From: Caldicoprobacterales bacterium
GTDB taxonomy: Bacteria; Bacillota; Clostridia; Caldicoprobacterales; UBA3941
Direction: 5' to 3'
Assembly: GCA_050949255.1 (NCBI GenBank)
Contig: JBMNFJ010000016.1
Coordinates: forward strand, 524,665-588,664
Length of the DNA: 64,000 nt
In this document: piece after piece, positions 1 through 10,249 of the stretch
Numbering within the stretch: the first letter of the stretch is position 1
Layout: each line of letters begins with the position of its first letter
Notes under the pieces: generated by a model
Database searches by the model: none
What the model was told of the DNA's origin: nothing
What the model saw: only the letters and a program-made list of their open reading frames with translations
Position numbers and translations under genes: made by a program

Positions 1-369
1 GTTGGACACAGCGAATATATATGGTATTACTATAGGGCTTTTGATATTTTCGTGCTCCCATCCTTATCCGAGGGGTTGGGTATTGCCCTTTTGGAAGCTA
101 TGGCCATGGGCAAGCCGGTAATTGCTTCGGATATCGGTGGAATAAGGGAAATAGTTAAGCATAATAGGAATGGGTATCTGGTTTCACCGGGGAATAGCAG
201 AGAACTAGCTAATGCAATTTTGTTCTATCTGGAAAACCCATATCAGGCTGATGAATACGCCAGTATAGGGAGGACGGAAATAATGGAGAAGTTTCCCTTG
301 GAGACCATGATCAATGAAACATCCCGAGTCATACTTGAAGTTATAGACAAACAATACTCCGGCTGCTGA
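1..369 (+). CDS. Glycosyltransferase family 1 (GT-B fold), C-terminal fragment; the 5' end lies outside the window
   Basis: Frame 1 is open from base 1 (VGHSEYIWYYYRAFDIFVLPSLSEGLGIALLEAMAMGKPVIASDIGG...NGYLV). This is the classic GT1/GT4 C-terminal signature. Stop TGA at 367-369. Confidence 0.8.
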   Translation, partial: VGHSEYIWYYYRAFDIFVLPSLSEGLGIALLEAMAMGKPVIASDIGGIREIVKHNRNGYLVSPGNSRELANAILFYLENPYQADEYASIGRTEIMEKFPLETMINETSRVILEVIDKQYSGC

Positions 370-397
370 CCATAGGGATGATAAAAAGGTGGGGGTT

Positions 398-682
398 ATG
401 AATCTTAAATTATTCTTCTTATCATTTTGGCTGTTATTTATTGCAGAGTTGGGAGACAAGACCCAACTGGCGGTCTTTACCCTTGTGACCCAACATAAGC
501 AACCATGGCCTATTTTCTGGGGGGCCTCCCTGGGATTAACGGCAGTAACTCTATTGGGCACCTTTATGGGTGGATTTGTCTGTAAATACATACCAGCTGC
601 CATTTTAAAGCTGGCAGCTGGAATTATGTTCTTAACAATGGGTTTTTTTATACTCAAAGAGTGCTTGGGGGAATTACTTTAA
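398..682 (+). CDS. UPF0016 (GDT1/TMEM165) family membrane protein, single-repeat half-size form
   Basis: 94 aa and hydrophobic, with the family motif ELGDKTQL near the N-terminus. ATG 398 is preceded by AAAAAGGTGGGGG; the GTG at 389 in the ORF track lies inside that RBS. Confidence 0.7.
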   Translation: MNLKLFFLSFWLLFIAELGDKTQLAVFTLVTQHKQPWPIFWGASLGLTAVTLLGTFMGGFVCKYIPAAILKLAAGIMFLTMGFFILKECLGELL

Positions 683-693
683 GTATTCATTGG

Positions 694-1485
694 TTACAGG
701 AGACCCATGGCATGAAAGCCGGCATCAACATGAATGTTTTCCCCCGTTATCCCGCGGGACATATGACTTAAAAGGAAGACAGCAGTGTCTCCCACTTCTC
801 TCTGGGTAACGGCTCTACGGAGGGGAACCTTTTCTTCATATACCTTTAGAATAGATCCAAAACCCTTAACGCCTTGAGCAGCCAAGGTTTTTATGGGACC
901 CGCTGATATGGAATTTACCCTAATGTTCTCCGGGCCCAGATCTGCTGCCAGATATCGTACAGATGATTCCAGTGCTGATTTGGCTACTCCCATGACATTG
1001 TAATTTTGGACGGCTCTTTCCGCTCCTATATAGGTTAGGGTGAGGATACTGCCTCCGTCCTTCATAAGAGGCCTGGCATGTCTGCTGACAGCAACCAAGG
1101 AATAGGCGCTGATGTCCTGAGCCAGATGATACCCTTCCCGGGAGGTGTTATAATAAGCACCCTCCAGTTCTTCCTTCTTTGCGAAGGCTATACTATGTAC
1201 TATACCATGGATAGTCCCATAATCGTTGCCGATGTTATGGAACAGATCTATAATATCCTGGTCCTCCGTTACGTCGCACTTATACAATGAAATATTGGGA
1301 AGATCCGCTGTTAGCTTTTGGAGGTTTGATAGATTTCTTTCTCCCTGGTAAGTGAAGATCAAATTGGCTCCCGCATCAAGACAAGCTTCCGCGATACCCC
1401 ATGCGATACTCCACTTATTGGCTACACCCATGATGAGAATTGTCTTACCCTTTAATAAAGTATTCAATGGTGCCATTCCTTTCAT
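694..1485 (-). CDS. fabI: Enoyl-[acyl-carrier-protein] reductase (NADH), FabI type
   Basis: 263 aa SDR. N-terminal GVANKWSIAWGIA nucleotide-binding region and the Y-x6-K catalytic pair in YNVMGVAKSALE are typical of FabI. The start (1485 or 1476) is uncertain because no clear SD is present. Confidence 0.9.
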   Translation of the reverse strand: MKGMAPLNTLLKGKTILIMGVANKWSIAWGIAEACLDAGANLIFTYQGERNLSNLQKLTADLPNISLYKCDVTEDQDIIDLFHNIGNDYGTIHGIVHSIAFAKKEELEGAYYNTSREGYHLAQDISAYSLVAVSRHARPLMKDGGSILTLTYIGAERAVQNYNVMGVAKSALESSVRYLAADLGPENIRVNSISAGPIKTLAAQGVKGFGSILKVYEEKVPLRRAVTQREVGDTAVFLLSHMSRGITGENIHVDAGFHAMGLL

Positions 1486-1685
1486 CTAAAATTGGTTATC
1501 ACCCAGTCAAAGTTTCGATACTGTTATTTTATCAGCTGAGTGGTTATATAGATTATAGAGGAACTGATTAGGTGTTGTCAAAAGAATATTTAGTAAATTC
1601 CCCTATAATAATGTTGGACAACCTTGAACGATGTGTTATAATATTAAAGATTATAAGGTATATACGAACTAAGGAGGACTTTTTG

Positions 1686-3020
1686 GTGAAAGCGAATATA
1701 GAAAAACTCGAAAATAGTAAAGTAAAACTAGAGATAGAGGTAGATGCAAAACAATTTGACGAGGCAATGCATAAGGCATATCTTAAGAATAGGGGCCGAA
1801 TTATTATTCCCGGATTTAGAAAGGGTAAAGCACCTCGCCAGATAATTGAACGTTATTATGGTGAAGGTATTTTTTATGAAGACGCTTTGGCAGAGACCCT
1901 GCCTGCTAAGTATGATGAAGCCGTAAAGGAGTACGGGCTGTTTCCCGTAGATCAGCCTGACTTCGATGTTGTTCAGATCGGGAATGGCCAGGATCTTATA
2001 TTTACCGCAGAAGTAACCGTAAAACCAGATGTTGTTTTAGGCCAGTATAAGGGAATAGAAATAAACAAGGTTGAGTATAATGTTACAGACCAAGACGTAG
2101 ACGATCAGCTAGAAAGAGTCCGTGAACAGAATGCTAGGTGGATAACCGTTGAAGATAGACCTGTTAAAGATGGTGATCGTTTAACCCTTGATTATAAAGG
2201 TTATGTAGATGGAGAGGCTTTCGAGGGAGGAACCGCCGAAAACCAAACTCTGGTGATTGGCTCGGGACAGTTTATACCTGGGTTTGAAGAGCAGCTAATA
2301 GGTATGAATATTGGTGATGAACGTGAGATCAAGGTCACCTTCCCCGAAGAATACCATGCCGAGGAGTTAAAAGGCAAGGATGCTATTTTCGAGGTTAAAG
2401 TCCATGAAATAAAAGAAAAAGAGCTGCCTGAATTGGATGATGAGTTTATCAAAGATATCAGCGAATTTGATACTGTAGAGGAATACAGGGCAGATTTAAA
2501 AAAGCGTATGGAGGAAGACGCAGCTCGCAGGGGAAAGGCCGAAATGGAAAATCTCCTTCTTAGGAAGGTAGTCGATAATATGGAAGTAGATGTTCCTGAG
2601 GTTATGATAGAGAGGGAAATAGATTCATCAATCAGGGATATGGATATGAGGATGAGGTATCAGGGCTTTGATCTAAATAGCTATCTTGCTATGATGGGTT
2701 CCTCTATGGAGGACTTTAGATCTGAAATGAGAGATGAAGCAAGCTATAGGGTTAAGCTTCAGCTGGCCTTGGAACAGATAATTAAGGATGAGGCAATTGA
2801 AGTAACACAAGAGGATTTGGATAAGGAATACAACAGCATTGCCGAAGAATTTAAGATGGACCTGGATGAAGTAAAGAAAAGATATGAAGGCCAGGAGGAT
2901 GGGCTGAAGAATAGTCTGTCTATACAAAAAACCATAGATTTTCTAATGAAAGAAGCGGTGATTGTTGAAGCCGAGGAAGAAGATAAAGAGTCCGAGGAAC
3001 AGGAGACGCAAGAAGATTAG
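1686..3020 (+). CDS. tig: Trigger factor (ribosome-associated PPIase chaperone)
   Basis: VKANIEKLENSKVKLEIEVD... N-terminus, FKBP-like GFRKGKAP and PGFEEQLIG motifs, acidic C-terminus. GTG 1686 follows AAGGAGGA (1671-1678); the upstream 38 codons of the ORF track look non-coding. Confidence 0.92.
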   Translation: MKANIEKLENSKVKLEIEVDAKQFDEAMHKAYLKNRGRIIIPGFRKGKAPRQIIERYYGEGIFYEDALAETLPAKYDEAVKEYGLFPVDQPDFDVVQIGNGQDLIFTAEVTVKPDVVLGQYKGIEINKVEYNVTDQDVDDQLERVREQNARWITVEDRPVKDGDRLTLDYKGYVDGEAFEGGTAENQTLVIGSGQFIPGFEEQLIGMNIGDEREIKVTFPEEYHAEELKGKDAIFEVKVHEIKEKELPELDDEFIKDISEFDTVEEYRADLKKRMEEDAARRGKAEMENLLLRKVVDNMEVDVPEVMIEREIDSSIRDMDMRMRYQGFDLNSYLAMMGSSMEDFRSEMRDEASYRVKLQLALEQIIKDEAIEVTQEDLDKEYNSIAEEFKMDLDEVKKRYEGQEDGLKNSLSIQKTIDFLMKEAVIVEAEEEDKESEEQETQED

Positions 3021-3068
3021 GTATGTAATACCTAACTTATCGAGATAAATATAAGGAGGGATTAGCAA

Positions 3069-3653
3069 ATGAATTTGGTACCTATAGTTGTTGAACAAAC
3101 CAGTCGTGGTGAAAGGTCATATGACATATATTCTAGACTGCTTGAGGATCGAATTATATTTTTAGGGGGTCCAATAAGTGACTTAACAGCTAATTTAGTT
3201 GTAGCCCAACTGCTATTTTTGGAGGCAAAGGATCCCGATAAGGATGTGCTCGTCTATATAAACAGCCCTGGAGGTTCTGTGACAGCAGGGATGGCGATAT
3301 ATGATACAATGCAATATCTAAAGTGTGATGTATCCACTATTTGTGTTGGGATGGCTGCTTCTATGGGAGCTTTCCTATTGGCAGCGGGAACCAAGGGCAA
3401 ACGCCTGGCATTACCCAATAGTGAGATTATGATCCATCAGCCCTTGGGTGGAACACAGGGGCAAGCCTCTGATATCGCCATTCACGCCGAGCAGATTCTC
3501 AAGCTTAAGAAAAAGATAAATGAAATTCTGGCCGAGAGGACAGGTAATCCATTGGAAAAAATTGAAAGAGATACGGATCGTGACTTTTTCATGTCCGCTG
3601 AGGAAGCTAAGAAGTATGGGATTATAGATGATGTAATTACTTCCCGCAAATAA
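3069..3653 (+). CDS. clpP: ATP-dependent Clp protease proteolytic subunit
   Basis: 194 aa. SYDIYSRLL, catalytic Ser in [11 protein letters not shown] and His in [20 protein letters not shown] lies upstream. Confidence 0.97.
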   Translation: MNLVPIVVEQTSRGERSYDIYSRLLEDRIIFLGGPISDLTANLVVAQLLFLEAKDPDKDVLVYINSPGGSVTAGMAIYDTMQYLKCDVSTICVGMAASMGAFLLAAGTKGKRLALPNSEIMIHQPLGGTQGQASDIAIHAEQILKLKKKINEILAERTGNPLEKIERDTDRDFFMSAEEAKKYGIIDDVITSRK

Positions 3654-3751
3654 AATGCGTGGAATTGACCCATAATTGTTTAATATGATAACATGATTAT
3701 TGTGACTATAGAATAGATTAAATTTACTATATACTAGATAGATAGAAGTGA

Positions 3752-3770
3752 GGGCGGCCTTAGGCCGCCC
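3752..3770 (+). terminator. GC-rich perfect hairpin in the clpP-clpX spacer (no U-tract); possible attenuator or processing signal
   Basis: GGGCGGCC-TTA-GGCCGCCC gives an 8-bp G/C stem in an otherwise AT-rich 232-nt spacer. It is followed by GCATACAC, so it is not a canonical intrinsic terminator. Confidence 0.3.
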
Positions 3771-3885
3771 GCATACACGCATTATAGACACAGGACACTC
3801 TATTAAGGAACGGTATGGTTCGCAATAGGGAAATAATGTGACACAATATTTAATGCGAACATATAGTTAAAGAAGAGGTGAAAGT

Positions 3886-5172
3886 ATGGCTAGATATGAT
3901 GACAAAAAGCAGCTCAAGTGTTCATTTTGCAGTAAAACCCAAGAGCAAGTCAGGCGTTTGGTAGCCGGGCCAGGGGTCTATATATGCGATGAGTGTATTG
4001 AGTTATGCCAAGAGATTATTGAGGAAGAATTTGATGACGCCTCTGATCTGGATATTAGGGACATTCCAAAACCCGCGGAGATTATGGAAATCCTTGATCA
4101 ATATGTAATTGACCAGGAAGAAGCCAAAAAGACTCTGTCGGTGGCGGTATATAATCACTATAAACGGATAAATAGTGACGTATCAAAGGATGATGTTGAG
4201 CTTTACAAGAGCAATATTGTAATGCTTGGTCCTACCGGTTCCGGTAAAACTCTCCTGGCCCAGACCTTGGCCAGAATTTTAAATGTACCCTTTGCCGTTG
4301 CAGATGCGACCTCCCTTACAGAGGCGGGATACGTCGGTGAAGATGTTGAGAATATCTTATTAAAGCTTATACAGGCAGCAGACTACGATGTAGAAAGAGC
4401 CGAAAAGGGCATTATATATATAGACGAGATTGATAAGGTAGCCAGAAAATCTGAAAATCCTTCTATTACAAGGGATGTTTCCGGAGAAGGTGTCCAACAG
4501 GCTCTGCTAAAGATCCTGGAAGGAACTGTTGCCAGTGTACCCCCCCAAGGTGGGAGAAAACACCCCCATCAGGAGTTTATTCAGATTGATACAACAAATA
4601 TTCTCTTTATCTGTGGTGGCGCCTTTGATGGGATAGATAAGATCATACAGAACAGAATTGGCAAAAAGACCATGGGTTTCGGAGCTGATATACGCAGCAA
4701 TAAAAACTATGATGTAGGCGAGATCTTAGCCAAGATTCAGCCCGAAGACCTACTTCGATATGGGTTGATACCGGAATTTGTAGGTCGGGTTCCAGTAGTC
4801 GTAACCTTAAATCCTTTGGATGAAGATGCATTGGTTCAAATCCTAAAGGAGCCCAAAAATGCATTAGTAAAGCAATATCAGAAATTGTTAGAGATGGATG
4901 GAGTAACTCTGGAGTTTGAAGAAGAGGCTCTAAGGTACATCGCAAAACGTGCCATCGAAAGGAAGACCGGCGCAAGAGGCTTAAGGGCAATTTTGGAAAA
5001 GATCATGCTAAATGTCATGTTCGATATTCCTTCCAGAGACGATGTGGAAAAATGCATAATTACCAAAGAGACTGTTATTAACAACAGCGATCCTATACTA
5101 ATTCTTTCCGAAGGTCAAAGAGGTCGTAAAACCATAAAAAAGACAAAGGACAAGAGAGAATCAGTATCCTAA
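3886..5172 (+). CDS. clpX: ATP-dependent Clp protease ATP-binding subunit ClpX
   Basis: N-terminal zinc-binding CSFC...CDEC, Walker [17 protein letters not shown] Walker B, GARGLR sensor motif; 428 aa. Confidence 0.97.
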   Translation: MARYDDKKQLKCSFCSKTQEQVRRLVAGPGVYICDECIELCQEIIEEEFDDASDLDIRDIPKPAEIMEILDQYVIDQEEAKKTLSVAVYNHYKRINSDVSKDDVELYKSNIVMLGPTGSGKTLLAQTLARILNVPFAVADATSLTEAGYVGEDVENILLKLIQAADYDVERAEKGIIYIDEIDKVARKSENPSITRDVSGEGVQQALLKILEGTVASVPPQGGRKHPHQEFIQIDTTNILFICGGAFDGIDKIIQNRIGKKTMGFGADIRSNKNYDVGEILAKIQPEDLLRYGLIPEFVGRVPVVVTLNPLDEDALVQILKEPKNALVKQYQKLLEMDGVTLEFEEEALRYIAKRAIERKTGARGLRAILEKIMLNVMFDIPSRDDVEKCIITKETVINNSDPILILSEGQRGRKTIKKTKDKRESVS

Positions 5173-5173
5173 T

Positions 5174-5197
5174 GGAGCCTGGCAAGGCTCCTTTTTT
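5174..5197 (+). terminator. Intrinsic terminator of clpX
   Basis: GGAGCCT-GGCA-AGGCTCC followed by TTTTTT, beginning 2 nt after the clpX stop. Confidence 0.85.
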
Positions 5198-5412
5198 ATG
5201 TGGATTTCTTTCGAATATTAAACAGGATAAAAACCACTTAATTACAGCATAATATAAACGATACCAATGTATAAAGGTTTTCCTTATGCGGTAAAATAGA
5301 GCCATTGTGTCGGGCTCACCACCGTAGCTATAACAGGGATCGATATGTAATGATACCTGAGTTAAAGTTCTTTCTTATAGAAGGATTGGCATTTGGTTAA
5401 GGAGGCAATGTT

Positions 5413-7101
5413 TTGCTGGGAAATATATTAGCTGTAATAAACCTGTTCTTTGCTATAGTAATAGGACTGTACTTTTTTAACCTGTTAAAGGGTCAACAGG
5501 GAAACAGGACCGCTGTGGAGAAAGAGTCGAGAAAAGAGCTGGAGAAGCTTCAAAGGCTAAGGGAGATATCCCTCAGTGAACCCCTATCTGAAAAGACAAG
5601 ACCCAACTCCTTTAAAGATATAATTGGGCAGGAGGATGGCATTAAAGCCTTAAAGGCAGCCCTTTGTGGACCTAACCCCCAGCACGTATTGATATATGGA
5701 CCGCCTGGGATTGGTAAAACATGCGCTGCGCGTATTGTCCTTGATGAGGCAAAGAAAAACCCCATGTCACCATTCCGAAAAGATGCTAAGTTCATAGAGA
5801 TGGATGCTACTTCAGTCCGGTTTGATGAACGCAGTATAGCAGATCCGCTAATTGGATCGGTTCACGATCCAATCTACCAAGGGGCAGGCCCGATGGGAGT
5901 GGCAGGAATACCGCAGCCAAAGCCCGGGGCTGTTACAAAAGCCCATGGCGGTATATTATTTCTTGATGAAATAGGAGAACTGCATCCGATACAGATGAAC
6001 AAGCTCCTTAAGGTGTTGGAAGATCGGAAGGTTTTTTTGGAAAGCGCATATTATAACTCGGAGGACAGAAACATCCCAAGGCATATACACGAGATCTTTA
6101 GGAATGGATTGCCGGCAGATTTCAGGCTGGTTGGGGCTACCACCAGAAGTCCTGAGGAGATACCCCTGGCTATAAGGTCCAGATGTCTGGAGATTTATTT
6201 TAGGGGTTTAACCCAGGAAGAGATTATGATTATAGCCCGTAATGCCGCTATTAAGGCTGGTTTATATATGGGAGAAGATAGTGTTCAAATAATAGGTAAG
6301 TATGCGTCCAATGGACGTGATGCTGTAAATATTGTTCAGTTGGCTGTAGGTTTGGCCTTATCGGAGAATCGGGATCATATTCTGGCCAAGGACATTGAAT
6401 GGGTTATAAACAGTGGACATTATTCGCCCCGTCCAGAAAAAAAGGTGTTGGATTCTCCCCAGGTAGGGTATGTAAATGGTCTGGCGGTATATGGGGCCAA
6501 TTTAGGTACCATAATTGAGGTGGAGGCATCGGCCCTACCCAGTGTTAAGGGCGGTGGTATTGTTACTATAACCGGAATCGTAGATGAAGAGGAAATCGGC
6601 TCCGGAGGTAAGAAAAGCAGGCGGAAAAGCACCGCGAAGAGTTCAGTGGATAACGTAATGACGGTATTGAGGAAGTTTTTGGATGTCGATCCAAGGGATT
6701 ATGATATACATTTGAATTTTCCTGGAGGTATCCCCATTGACGGGCCGTCAGCGGGAATAAGTATGGTAACAGCGATTTATTCGGCTATAACGGGTCTACC
6801 CATCGACAACCACACTGCAATGACCGGCGAAATATCCATACGGGGTGAAATAAAACCGGTGGGTGGTATCAATGCAAAATTGAATGCTGCGGTAGAGGCA
6901 GGTGTCAAGAAGGCAATAATCCCTAAAGAAAATTGGAATGAACAGTACTTAACATATGATATAGAGATAATTCCGGTAACAAGGATAGAAGAGGTCATAG
7001 ATCAGGTGGTGTGCAAGAGACTGGAGGGACAAAACCTGGAACCTCTTGTACAAAACGCAAGCCTCCTTAGCGCTTCCGGAAGAAGGCATTATACAAGTTA
7101 A
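5413..7101 (+). CDS. lonB: LonB-type (sporulation-associated) membrane-anchored Lon protease
   Basis: N-terminal TM helix (ILAVINLFFAIVIGLYFF), AAA+ Walker A GPPGIGKT, and a C-terminal Lon protease domain with DGPSAGISMVTA. It sits between clpX and lon, as in Bacillus. TTG start follows GGAGG. Confidence 0.85.
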   Translation: MLGNILAVINLFFAIVIGLYFFNLLKGQQGNRTAVEKESRKELEKLQRLREISLSEPLSEKTRPNSFKDIIGQEDGIKALKAALCGPNPQHVLIYGPPGIGKTCAARIVLDEAKKNPMSPFRKDAKFIEMDATSVRFDERSIADPLIGSVHDPIYQGAGPMGVAGIPQPKPGAVTKAHGGILFLDEIGELHPIQMNKLLKVLEDRKVFLESAYYNSEDRNIPRHIHEIFRNGLPADFRLVGATTRSPEEIPLAIRSRCLEIYFRGLTQEEIMIIARNAAIKAGLYMGEDSVQIIGKYASNGRDAVNIVQLAVGLALSENRDHILAKDIEWVINSGHYSPRPEKKVLDSPQVGYVNGLAVYGANLGTIIEVEASALPSVKGGGIVTITGIVDEEEIGSGGKKSRRKSTAKSSVDNVMTVLRKFLDVDPRDYDIHLNFPGGIPIDGPSAGISMVTAIYSAITGLPIDNHTAMTGEISIRGEIKPVGGINAKLNAAVEAGVKKAIIPKENWNEQYLTYDIEIIPVTRIEEVIDQVVCKRLEGQNLEPLVQNASLLSASGRRHYTS

Positions 7102-7124
7102 TCTGGATCACGAAATGGACATCG

Positions 7125-7153
7125 AATGCCGGTCATATTGCCGGCATTTTTTT
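7125..7153 (+). terminator. Intrinsic terminator of lonB
   Basis: AATGCCGG-TCATATTG-CCGGCATT running into TTTTTTT. Confidence 0.8.
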
Positions 7154-7301
7154 CCTTGCACCGTTTTATTCTTGAGTATATAATTACTTCGATGGAGTTT
7201 TCAGGTTTTTTACCATAAGATTTTTATTCATACTTCAAGATGACAACTTCGATCCTTGATGATATAATTGTAGGCTGCTATTGAGAAAGGAGCAACTAAG
7301 G

Positions 7302-9654
7302 ATGTCAAAGAAAAATATAAGGACCAGACAAATGCCCTTATTACCACTTAGGGGGTTAACGGTTTTTCCATATATGGTCCTACATTTTGATGTAGGCAGA
7401 CAAAAGTCCATTGCGGCATTGGAAGATGCAATGGTAAATGATCAAGATATATTCTTGGTAACCCAAAAGGAACCGGAGATTGAAGAGCCTGATAAGGACA
7501 GTTTGTTTAAGGTAGGAACGGTTTCTAAGATAAAACAGCTGCTAAAGCTCCCGGGGGATACCATTAGGGTATTGGTTGAGGGTATCAATAGGGGAAGAAT
7601 TATTGAGTTTCTGGAGAACGATAAGTTTTTTGAAGTGTTGATAGAGGAACAAGTAGATCAAGGGGAAAGCGACCCACTAGAGGAAGAAGCATTGATGAGA
7701 ACCGTCATGGATTCTTTTGAAGAGTATATCAAGCTAAGCAATAAGATCTCTCCAGATACCTTGGTGTCTGTTAATACAGTAGACGATATAGGCCAATTTG
7801 CAGATATCCTGGCTGCCAACGTACTTGTAAAAAACAGTCATAAACAAGAGGTCCTGGAAGCTTTTCAGCCAATAGAGAGGCTTCAAATACTGCATGAATT
7901 TTTGGAAAATGAAATCCAGATACTGAGGATTGAAAAAAAGATAAATCTCAGAGTAAAAAAACAAATTGATAAGGTTCAAAGGGAGTATTACCTCAGGGAG
8001 CAGATGAAAGCTATACAGAAAGAATTGGGGGAAAGCGACAGTATATCCGCCGACGTTGAAGAATACAACGAAAGGATTGAAAAGGCTGCACTCCCAAAGG
8101 AAGTCCACGAAAAGGCTATGAAGGAACTGGACCGTTTTTCCAGGACACCTGCATCCTCGCCGGAGAGCTCCATCATCCGCACTTACCTGGATTGGATATT
8201 GGATTTACCATGGAATTATGAAACCAAGGATAACCATAACCTGAAAACAGCGGCCCGTATCCTGGATCAAGATCATTATGGATTGGACGAGGTTAAGGAA
8301 AGGGTAATGGAATATTTAGCGGTTCTCCAACTCACCCAAAATATGAAAGGCCCTATCCTGTGCTTTGTTGGGCCGCCTGGGGTGGGCAAGACCTCTATTG
8401 CAAAATCCATTGCCAGGGCATTGGGAAGAAATTTTGTCCGCATGTCCCTGGGTGGTGTACGAGACGAAGCCGAGATTAGAGGGTCATAGGCGTACCTATG
8501 TAGGCTCCATACCGGGTACTATAATATCCTCCATGAAACAAGCGGGGTCAAAAAACCCAGTCTTTTTGTTAGATGAGATCGACAAGATGAGTAGTGATTT
8601 TAGAGGAGATCCCGCATCTGCCATGCTGGAAGTATTAGACCCTGAACAAAACCATACCTTCAGGGACCATTATCTGGAACTGCCTTACGACTTATCCAAG
8701 GTTATGTTTTTAACCACTGCTAATACATTGGATACAATACCCCGTCCCTTGCTGGATAGGATGGAGGTTATACGTATAGCAGGCTATACAGAGGAGGAAA
8801 AAACAAATATCGCATTGAAATATCTTATTCCAAAACAGCTGGAGGCCCACGGGTTAAAGAGAGGAAACATTATATTTACTGAGCAGAGTGTTCGGAGCAT
8901 TATCAACCTCTATACCAGGGAAGCCGGAGTAAGGGGCTTGGAAAGGCAGATAGCCGCTATCTGCAGAAAGGGAGTAAGATTCTTATTGGAGACCGGTAGA
9001 AAAAGGATCCGGATAACGCCGAATAATCTTCATGAATATCTGGGGGTACCACGGTTTAGCGTTAATAAGGCAAATCAGAAAGACGAGATTGGTATGGTTA
9101 CGGGACTTGCATGGACGGCTGTGGGTGGAGATACCCTTTATATAGAGGTAACCCCTATGATGGGGACAGGTAAGTTGGTTTTAACGGGACAATTAGGAGA
9201 TGTAATGAAGGAGTCTGCTAGGGCAGGGCTTAGCTATATTAGATCCAAAGCTAAAGAATTTGGTATTGATCCGGAATTTTATAGCAATACGGATATTCAT
9301 ATCCATATACCTGAGGGTGCTATACCGAAGGACGGCCCGTCAGCGGGTATCACCATAGCAACTGCTATTATTTCAGCTTTAACCAAAACACCGGTTAGGC
9401 GTGATGTAGCAATGACAGGTGAGATTACCTTAAGAGGCAGGGTGTTACCTATAGGAGGATTAAAAGAAAAGATTCTGGCTGCACACAGGGCAGGCATTAC
9501 CAAAGTTATAATTCCTGATGAAAATACCAAGGATCTAGAGGAGATACCGGAAAACATAAGAGAAGAAATAGAAATTGTAGCGGTTCAGCATATGGAAGAA
9601 GTCTTGGAACATGCGCTATCTGGGGGGGAAGTGGATAAATATGGAGGTAGTTAG
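7302..9654 (+). pseudogene. lon: Lon protease (LonA) interrupted by a single-base frameshift in a GGG run at 8481-8483 (pseudogene or assembly error)
   Basis: ORF 7281-8489 ends ...[15 protein letters not shown] 8365-9654 in the +1 frame continues [12 protein letters not shown]..., which is the conserved Lon junction EIRGHRRTY. Deleting one G restores one ~783-aa Lon (LON N-domain, [20 protein letters not shown]). Confidence 0.85.
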
Positions 9655-10249
9655 GGCTGAATTTATTACCAGTGCAGTAGAATCCAACCAATATCCGGCA
9701 GACCATCTGCCCTATGTGGCGCTGGTAGGCAAATCCAATGTGGGCAAATCTTCTATGATTAACACCGTAACAAACCGATCCAAGCTGGCCAAGACCAGTG
9801 GGCAGCCGGGGAAAACCCGGCTGGTAAATTTCTATAGGATCAATAATGCTTTCTATCTGGTTGATCTTCCTGGATATGGGTTTGCCAGGGTGTCCCAAAA
9901 AGAAAAGGAAAGATGGGGGTATATGATTGAAACCTTTCTTTCTTCTTCCCCTAATCTATTAGGGATAATCCAGTTGATAGATATAAGGCATAATCCAACC
10001 GCAGATGATATGACTATGCTCAATTGGATCGAACATTATGAAATGCCTTTAATTATACTGGCCACAAAGGCCGATAAGCTAGGAAAAACCAGGATAAAAC
10101 CCCAGATTGACAAGATTCGGAGGAAACTTGAGATATCATTGGATATTCCCATTATTCCATTTTCATCCAAAACCGGTCAGGGGAAAGAGGCCTTACTTAA
10201 GGCCTTGGACTCCCTTCTTAAAAATCCTCCTGATTTTCAGGGTTTATAA
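9641..10249 (+). CDS. engB: Ribosome biogenesis GTP-binding protein YsxC/EngB
   Basis: [13 protein letters not shown]... with G1 [19 protein letters not shown] and ATKADK motifs. ATG 9641 overlaps the lon 3' end by 14 nt. The lon-engB synteny is conserved in Firmicutes. Confidence 0.9.
   Translation: MEVVRAEFITSAVESNQYPADHLPYVALVGKSNVGKSSMINTVTNRSKLAKTSGQPGKTRLVNFYRINNAFYLVDLPGYGFARVSQKEKERWGYMIETFLSSSPNLLGIIQLIDIRHNPTADDMTMLNWIEHYEMPLIILATKADKLGKTRIKPQIDKIRRKLEISLDIPIIPFSSKTGQGKEALLKALDSLLKNPPDFQGL

Noticed and set aside
1572-1685. N-terminal extensions proposed by the ORF track for tig (from 1572), the SBP gene (from 21421), the 587-aa ORF (to 11981), rnfC (from 24865) and coaE (from 20321)
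   Set aside because: In each case an internal start codon with a well-spaced Shine-Dalgarno sequence gives the canonical family N-terminus. The extensions overlap upstream genes or AT-rich non-coding DNA.
8365-8481. The first 39 codons ([39 protein letters not shown]) of track ORF 8365-9654, considered as an independent start for a truncated Lon
   Set aside because: This stretch is the alternative-frame reading of the Walker A region encoded by ORF 7281-8489. The Lon-like sequence in this frame begins only at GHRRTY (8482). It is a frameshift junction, not a start.
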